NCBI RefSeq assembly: GCF_000011805.1
Contig: NC_006840.2
DNA: 32,000 nt
Reading direction: 5' to 3' (one strand)
Source: Aliivibrio fischeri ES114
Lineage (GTDB): Bacteria > Pseudomonadota > Gammaproteobacteria > Enterobacterales > Vibrionaceae
A program made the translations under genes and the position numbers. Shown one piece after another: positions 27,697-32,000 of this stretch; position 1 is the stretch's first letter; each line of letters starts with the position of its first letter. The notes under the pieces were generated by a model. It was not told the DNA's origin and searched no databases. It saw nothing but the letters and a program-made list of their open reading frames with translations.

Positions 27697-29172
27697 TTAC
27701 TCTTGATCCAATTTACCAACTAGCGACAACGTAAAATCAGAACCCATGTATTTGAAGTGTGGGCGAACTGATAGGTTTACTTTGTACCAGCCTGGATTTC
27801 CTTCAACGTCCATTACTTCGATATTTGCTGCACGAAGTGGACGACGGCTACGAACTTCAGCTGGTGGATTTTCTTGATCAGCAATGTATTGACGAATCCA
27901 AGTGTTTAACTCTTGCTCTAAGTCTGTACGTTCTTTCCAACTACCGATTTGTTCACGTTGTAGCACCTTAATGTAATGTGCAAGGCGGCTAATAATGAAC
28001 AAGTAAGGGAGCTGCGTACCCAAACGGAAATTTAACTCAGCGTTTTTGCCTTCTTCTGTATTACCGAAAAACTTTGCTTTTTGAACAGAGTTAGCAGAGA
28101 AGAAAGCCGCATTATCTGAGCCTTTGCGCATGGTGAGAGCAATAAAGCCTTCTTCTGCTAATTCATATTCTCTGCGGTCGGAAACAAGAACTTCTGTTGG
28201 GATCTTAGTTTCAATATCACCCATACTTTCAAAGTGGTGGAGAGGTAGGTCTTCCACTGCACCACCTGATTGAGGACCAATAATATTTGGACACCAACGG
28301 AAATTAGCAAAACTTTCAGTGATACGAGTTGCCATTGTAAAAGCGGTATTTCCCCATAAATAATCTTCGTGAGTAGCAGAAACATTTTCATGGTAATTGA
28401 ATGCTTTTACAGGGTTTTCTTCTGGATCATAAGGTTGACGTAATAAGAATCTAGGTAATGTTAAACCTACATATCTTGAGTCTTCTTGTTCACGGAAGCT
28501 TTGCCATTTTGCATATTGAGGACTTTCAAAATGATCATTAAGATCTTTTAGATCAGGTAATCCCTCAAATGATTCTAAGCCAAAGAATTTAGGGCCTGCG
28601 GCTGAAATAAATGGTGCATGAGACATTGCTGCTACAGAAGCCAAGTTTTGAAGGTTTTTAATATCAGGCGCAGAAGGACCAAAGTCATAATTACCAATAA
28701 TAGCACCAACAGGTTGGCCACCAAATGTACCAAACTCGTTAGTGTAGACATGCTTGTAGAGTCCTGATTGAGTAATTTCTGAAGCATCTTCGAAGTCCTC
28801 TAACAAGTCAGTTTTAGATACATTAATCACTTCGATTTTAATATTTTCACGAAAATCGGTGCGGTCAACGAGTAATTTTAATCCACGCCAAGCAGATTCA
28901 AGTTGTTGAAAAGACGAGTGGTGAAGAATTTCGTCCACTTGTTTACTTAAGCGTTGATCAATCTCTGTGATCATTTTATCAATTAAAGCTTTTTTGACTG
29001 GCTCTTCTTGATTCTGAGGTTTTAATAACTCTTCAATAAAAGCGCTGACACCACGCTTAGCAATACCGTATGTTTCATCTTCTGGAGTTAAATTGGTTTG
29101 AGCTACGATTTGATCAAGAAGTCCAACAGTAACTTGATTATCTAGCTCTTGTGCTGTGCTTGTATCTGACAT
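27697..29172 (-). CDS. tssC: T6SS contractile sheath large subunit TssC (VipB)
   Basis: 491 aa with VipB/TssC-like sequence throughout (e.g. SFQQLESAWRGLKLLV, LPRFLLRQPY, PNIIGPQSGG). It lies directly after tssB with a 3-nt gap. Confidence 0.95.
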   Translation of the reverse strand: MSDTSTAQELDNQVTVGLLDQIVAQTNLTPEDETYGIAKRGVSAFIEELLKPQNQEEPVKKALIDKMITEIDQRLSKQVDEILHHSSFQQLESAWRGLKLLVDRTDFRENIKIEVINVSKTDLLEDFEDASEITQSGLYKHVYTNEFGTFGGQPVGAIIGNYDFGPSAPDIKNLQNLASVAAMSHAPFISAAGPKFFGLESFEGLPDLKDLNDHFESPQYAKWQSFREQEDSRYVGLTLPRFLLRQPYDPEENPVKAFNYHENVSATHEDYLWGNTAFTMATRITESFANFRWCPNIIGPQSGGAVEDLPLHHFESMGDIETKIPTEVLVSDRREYELAEEGFIALTMRKGSDNAAFFSANSVQKAKFFGNTEEGKNAELNFRLGTQLPYLFIISRLAHYIKVLQREQIGSWKERTDLEQELNTWIRQYIADQENPPAEVRSRRPLRAANIEVMDVEGNPGWYKVNLSVRPHFKYMGSDFTLSLVGKLDQE

Positions 29173-29175
29173 GTT

Positions 29176-29676
29176 TTATTCCTTTTCTGTCACTAAACCT
29201 AATTCACTTAGTAGTTTTTCACGAGCTTCATCATCAACAAGGGCATCTTCAATTGCTTTGCGGAATGCAGGAACATTGCCTAATGGGCCTTTTAAAGAGA
29301 CAAGCGCTTCACGTAAATCCATTAAGCCTTTTAGTTCAGGCACTTGCTCAACAATGCTTGAAGGATCAAAATCATTGATATGTTTAAAACTTAGATCGAC
29401 TGCAATTTCCTCATTTCCTTCGCCATCATCTTGAAGTTGGTTTTTTACACCAAAAGAGATGTTTAAGTTTTGTTTTTCAATAACGTCATTGAAATTGCTT
29501 TTATCAACATTAAATGGTTTTCGATCTTCAAGTTTTCGATCATCTTCTTGCTGAGTAAAGTCACCAAGAACCATCATTTTCAGTGGAAGTTCAAGATCTT
29601 CTGCAGCGTCACCGCTTACTGGTTTGAATGTCACATTTACACGTTCTTTTGGTGCAACAGATCCATCTTTTGACAT
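29176..29676 (-). CDS. tssB: T6SS contractile sheath small subunit TssB (VipA)
   Basis: 166 aa. MSKDGSVAPKERVNVTFKP...ELPLKMMVLGDF is the typical VipA/TssB opening. Confidence 0.95.
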   Translation of the reverse strand: MSKDGSVAPKERVNVTFKPVSGDAAEDLELPLKMMVLGDFTQQEDDRKLEDRKPFNVDKSNFNDVIEKQNLNISFGVKNQLQDDGEGNEEIAVDLSFKHINDFDPSSIVEQVPELKGLMDLREALVSLKGPLGNVPAFRKAIEDALVDDEAREKLLSELGLVTEKE

Positions 29677-29691
29677 GGGGTCTCCTTGGGT

Positions 29692-31242
29692 TTAATTAAG
29701 AACTCGTATTGGGTTTAAACAGCAGAGCCTTTCACGTATGTGTGCTAGCAACTGACTGTCTTGGTCTTTTTTAGATAATTTGTTATGGCATTGAAGCCAC
29801 AGTTCAAGTAAACGTTCTTCCAGAATAGGATCCCAATGAGCGAGTACGGATTGGGAATATTGCTTATCAAGCCATGAGAAAAGTGAGTTGGCTAACTCAT
29901 ATTTGCTGGATTGAAACAGCAGTTTTGCCTGAGTAAATTGCCAAAAAAAGGCTTCTCTATTGGAACGTGATTGATGATGACCACGGATGAGAGGTTGCAT
30001 TACTTCGTTTAAGCTGTGCTGCTGTAACAATGTGAGAGCTTCTTGGAACGCATCTTCCCAGTCACTGCTATTTTGTGATTCATCGAAATGACTTACTGGA
30101 GCTGTAGTAGCATGAGTTGAAGTAGAACAGTGCTGTTGTATCCAAGCTTTTGTTGATTCACTAGCAAACTCAGTTCCATCATCGAATTTAAGATCGGTGA
30201 TGCTTGGTGTTTTGTTGATTAATAGAGACAACTGATCAGTGATGCTTTGTGCTGCATCATGATGATTAAGTGCCGTTAGGCTTTCCCAAACCATGAAATG
30301 GCCATCAATCCAAAATGGTGATTTAGAAAGGCTCTCTTCCATTTCTATAATCAATGCAGAGTGATTTAACTCAGCTTTTAATTGTTGGAAATATTGTGTT
30401 CTAGCTTGAGGAACGGGCTTTAACATAGTTACATTATCATCATTACTTGCAGGTAATTGCGATATGGTTAGCCATGTTAGAGTTCGGTTTAATTGAAAAA
30501 CTTTTTCATCATTAAGTTTTTGAGATAACCAGTATTTTGAGAGCGTTCTCGCTACATCTTGTAAGTGACGAAATGCTTTATTTGCATCTCTATCGTTTGT
30601 GATGTCATCTTGAGAAAATGAGATAGTTGATGTTGTTGATGGAGCTTGTATTGGTGTTGATGGTAGCGATTGTGTTGCTATTACCTCATTATTTTCGGTT
30701 TCTGATTTTAAACGTTTTTTAAGTTTTTTGATTAATGAAATAACAGAAGATAAATTATCTGTATTACTTTGGAAAATAGACTCAATTGAATCATCTAATA
30801 CTGATAATTGTGTAATTAATATATCTGCATCATTTATATTGTCTATATTATCGATAATAGATTTTGTGGTATCTGTAATTATATTAATGATTTGATTAAT
30901 AGAGGAATATAGACTTCTTTTTCTTCTTGGGTAAATATCGTCTTTGAATTTAATGATGAAATCATTAATAACACGGATTAACTCATTATTATCAATAGCA
31001 AGATTTCTCTTAGTTATAGATAAGCACAACCAGTAAAGTAATCTATAATCCTTACTAGTTTCATTTAGTAAATTCAATGAGTTATCATGCACGGTAGACC
31101 AGTCCGTCTTGCTTGTAGCAAACAGATTCGTTGATTTTTTTATTTCTTCTTCAATTAATTCAAACTCAGGCTCATAAGTTAAATCTGTGCCTAAGCGATC
31201 CTTATCTGATATATCAGAAAGGATTGAGTCGTAAGAAAACAT
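29692..31242 (-). CDS. tssA: T6SS protein TssA (ImpA_N domain plus long VasJ-like C-terminal region)
   Basis: 516 aa. The N-terminal ImpA_N signature is present (ISDKDRLGTDLTYEPEFELIEEEI...WSTV...LL..SKDYRLLYWL). It is the first gene of the cluster, 15 nt upstream of tssB. Confidence 0.85.
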   Translation of the reverse strand: MFSYDSILSDISDKDRLGTDLTYEPEFELIEEEIKKSTNLFATSKTDWSTVHDNSLNLLNETSKDYRLLYWLCLSITKRNLAIDNNELIRVINDFIIKFKDDIYPRRKRSLYSSINQIINIITDTTKSIIDNIDNINDADILITQLSVLDDSIESIFQSNTDNLSSVISLIKKLKKRLKSETENNEVIATQSLPSTPIQAPSTTSTISFSQDDITNDRDANKAFRHLQDVARTLSKYWLSQKLNDEKVFQLNRTLTWLTISQLPASNDDNVTMLKPVPQARTQYFQQLKAELNHSALIIEMEESLSKSPFWIDGHFMVWESLTALNHHDAAQSITDQLSLLINKTPSITDLKFDDGTEFASESTKAWIQQHCSTSTHATTAPVSHFDESQNSSDWEDAFQEALTLLQQHSLNEVMQPLIRGHHQSRSNREAFFWQFTQAKLLFQSSKYELANSLFSWLDKQYSQSVLAHWDPILEERLLELWLQCHNKLSKKDQDSQLLAHIRERLCCLNPIRVLN

Positions 31243-31464
31243 ATTTACCCTAGCTAAATGATGTTGTTCAAGTCAGATTGTATTGATTTAATTATTATTA
31301 AAATTATTTTTATATAGAAATAGTAAATGGAAGAATTTAATTAAGAAAGGGGAATAATTTGCGATGAAAATTAATTGAGAAATAGATCTAAATTTTATGA
31401 AACTAAATTAAGAGAACTATTTCTCATGATTTACAAATAAAGCAGGTGTCTTATTTGTGATACA

Positions 31465-31671
31465 TTATTTATTCTTGAAGTCGGAGAGCACAATCTCTAA
31501 TGCTTTGATTGCTGTTTCTTTGTCTACTTCGTTGCTTTCAAGAAGATAGATTAAATCTACTGCTAATTTGATTTCATCCGGTGCGTTATCTAGAGGGTTA
31601 GGAGTCTCTGTTTGAACTTCAACTTCGGTTTCGATTTGCGGTATTTGCTGATTATTTTGGGGGTTAGTCAT
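31465..31671 (-). CDS. YbaM-like small acidic protein (DUF2496 family)
   Basis: 68 aa. The core NAPDEIKLAVDLIYLLESNEV...AIKALEIVLSDFKNK matches my recollection of E. coli YbaM (NAPDDVKLAVDLI..LLEEN). It lies directly downstream of priC (8-bp overlap), as in E. coli. Confidence 0.6.
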   Translation of the reverse strand: MTNPQNNQQIPQIETEVEVQTETPNPLDNAPDEIKLAVDLIYLLESNEVDKETAIKALEIVLSDFKNK

Positions 31672-32000
31672 GTTGTTCTCGATAAGTAATTTGTTGTTCT
31701 AATCGGATCATTGCTTCTTTACAGCGTTGTAAGCGTTTTTCTGTTGCTAGCAGTTTTTGTTGTAGATCTTGCTGCTGAGAGAATGAATGGCATTGATTAA
31801 TTGCCAGTTCTTGATCATTTACCATTTGTGCTAAACGGCGTTCCCACTCTTGGTGTTGAGCTAGGTCTTGATACATATCACTAATGGGTTTTTTATAGCT
31901 TCCCTTCGGACGAGGTTCGTTAGAGCGTATACGTTGAGTTGCTACTTCTCTTTGTATCGCTTCAATTTGAGCAACCAACATTTGCGTTAAATATTCCGCT
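31664..32000 (-). CDS. priC: Primosomal replication protein N'' (PriC), 5'-partial: C-terminal part only
   Basis: The frame stays open upstream of the listed ATG (31981) to the window edge (...AEYLTQMLVAQ). The sequence LVAQIEAIQRE...HQEWERRLAQMV...EKRLQRCKEAMIRLEQQI parallels the E. coli PriC C-terminus as I recall it (LAAQLEAIARE...HQDFERRLREMV...EARLARCRHALEKIE). Confidence 0.7.
   Translation of the reverse strand, partial: AEYLTQMLVAQIEAIQREVATQRIRSNEPRPKGSYKKPISDMYQDLAQHQEWERRLAQMVNDQELAINQCHSFSQQQDLQQKLLATEKRLQRCKEAMIRLEQQITYREQHD

Noticed and set aside
11328-29673. Many 60-130 aa ORFs overlapping T6SS genes, mostly antisense and a few same-strand in other frames (e.g. 11328-11636, 13963-14232, 15754-16140, 22876-23079, 23662-23979, 29151-29434, 29470-29673)
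   Set aside because: Each is nested within a confidently identified T6SS gene. None shows a signal peptide, a motif or a plausible translation start context.
31243-31464. Sigma54 (-24/-12) or clear sigma70 promoter for the T6SS operon, and a terminator after the ybaM-like gene
   Set aside because: No GG-N10-GC element with TGGCAC/TTGC character was found by eye. Many TATAAT-like strings occur in this AT-rich DNA, so none can be singled out. The ACAAATAA/TTATTTGT hairpin (about 31433-31458) is all A/T and lacks a U-run.
1-32000. CRISPR arrays, IS elements or transposases, integrases, tRNA genes, prophage genes, toxin-antitoxin or restriction-type defence genes
   Set aside because: None seen. 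There are no regularly spaced repeats and no tRNA-like GC-rich segments other than ffs. Every ORF of 140 aa or more is accounted for by the calls above.

Overview
AT-rich gammaproteobacterial chromosome segment; the gene content looks Vibrionaceae-like, which is an inference. All calls rest on motifs read by eye in the supplied translations and DNA. No database search was run.

The left third (1-10978) is a sensory and chitin neighbourhood:
- a 5'-truncated Cache-GGDEF-EAL protein
- a large secreted GH18 chitinase with CBM5/12 modules
- a divergently transcribed methyl-accepting chemotaxis protein
- the SRP 4.5S RNA gene (ffs), hidden under a spurious ORF
- a DUF481-type outer-membrane protein
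- a PAS-GGDEF diguanylate cyclase

The right two thirds (10979-31242, all on the minus strand) are one tightly packed type VI secretion system (T6SS) operon. Gene order is tssA-tssB-tssC-tssE-tssF-tssG-clpV-vasH-(unlisted 42-aa lipoprotein ORF)-fha/tagH-tssJ-tssK-tssL-tssM-pppA-ppkA. It is followed upstream by housekeeping ybaM-like and priC genes, with priC running off the window.

The T6SS itself is a well-known system, so I cannot claim a new system here. These points deserve a second look:
- The cluster has no hcp, vgrG, PAAR or effector/immunity genes.
- A tiny lipoprotein ORF sits between vasH and fha.
- The T6SS kinase is a minimal soluble non-RD kinase (HGD/DFS) with no membrane or periplasmic sensor domain.
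- A three-copy repeat and hairpin element lies between tssC and tssE.
- The operon ends with zero spacing against a convergent diguanylate cyclase gene.

No CRISPR array, IS element, integrase or tRNA was seen.
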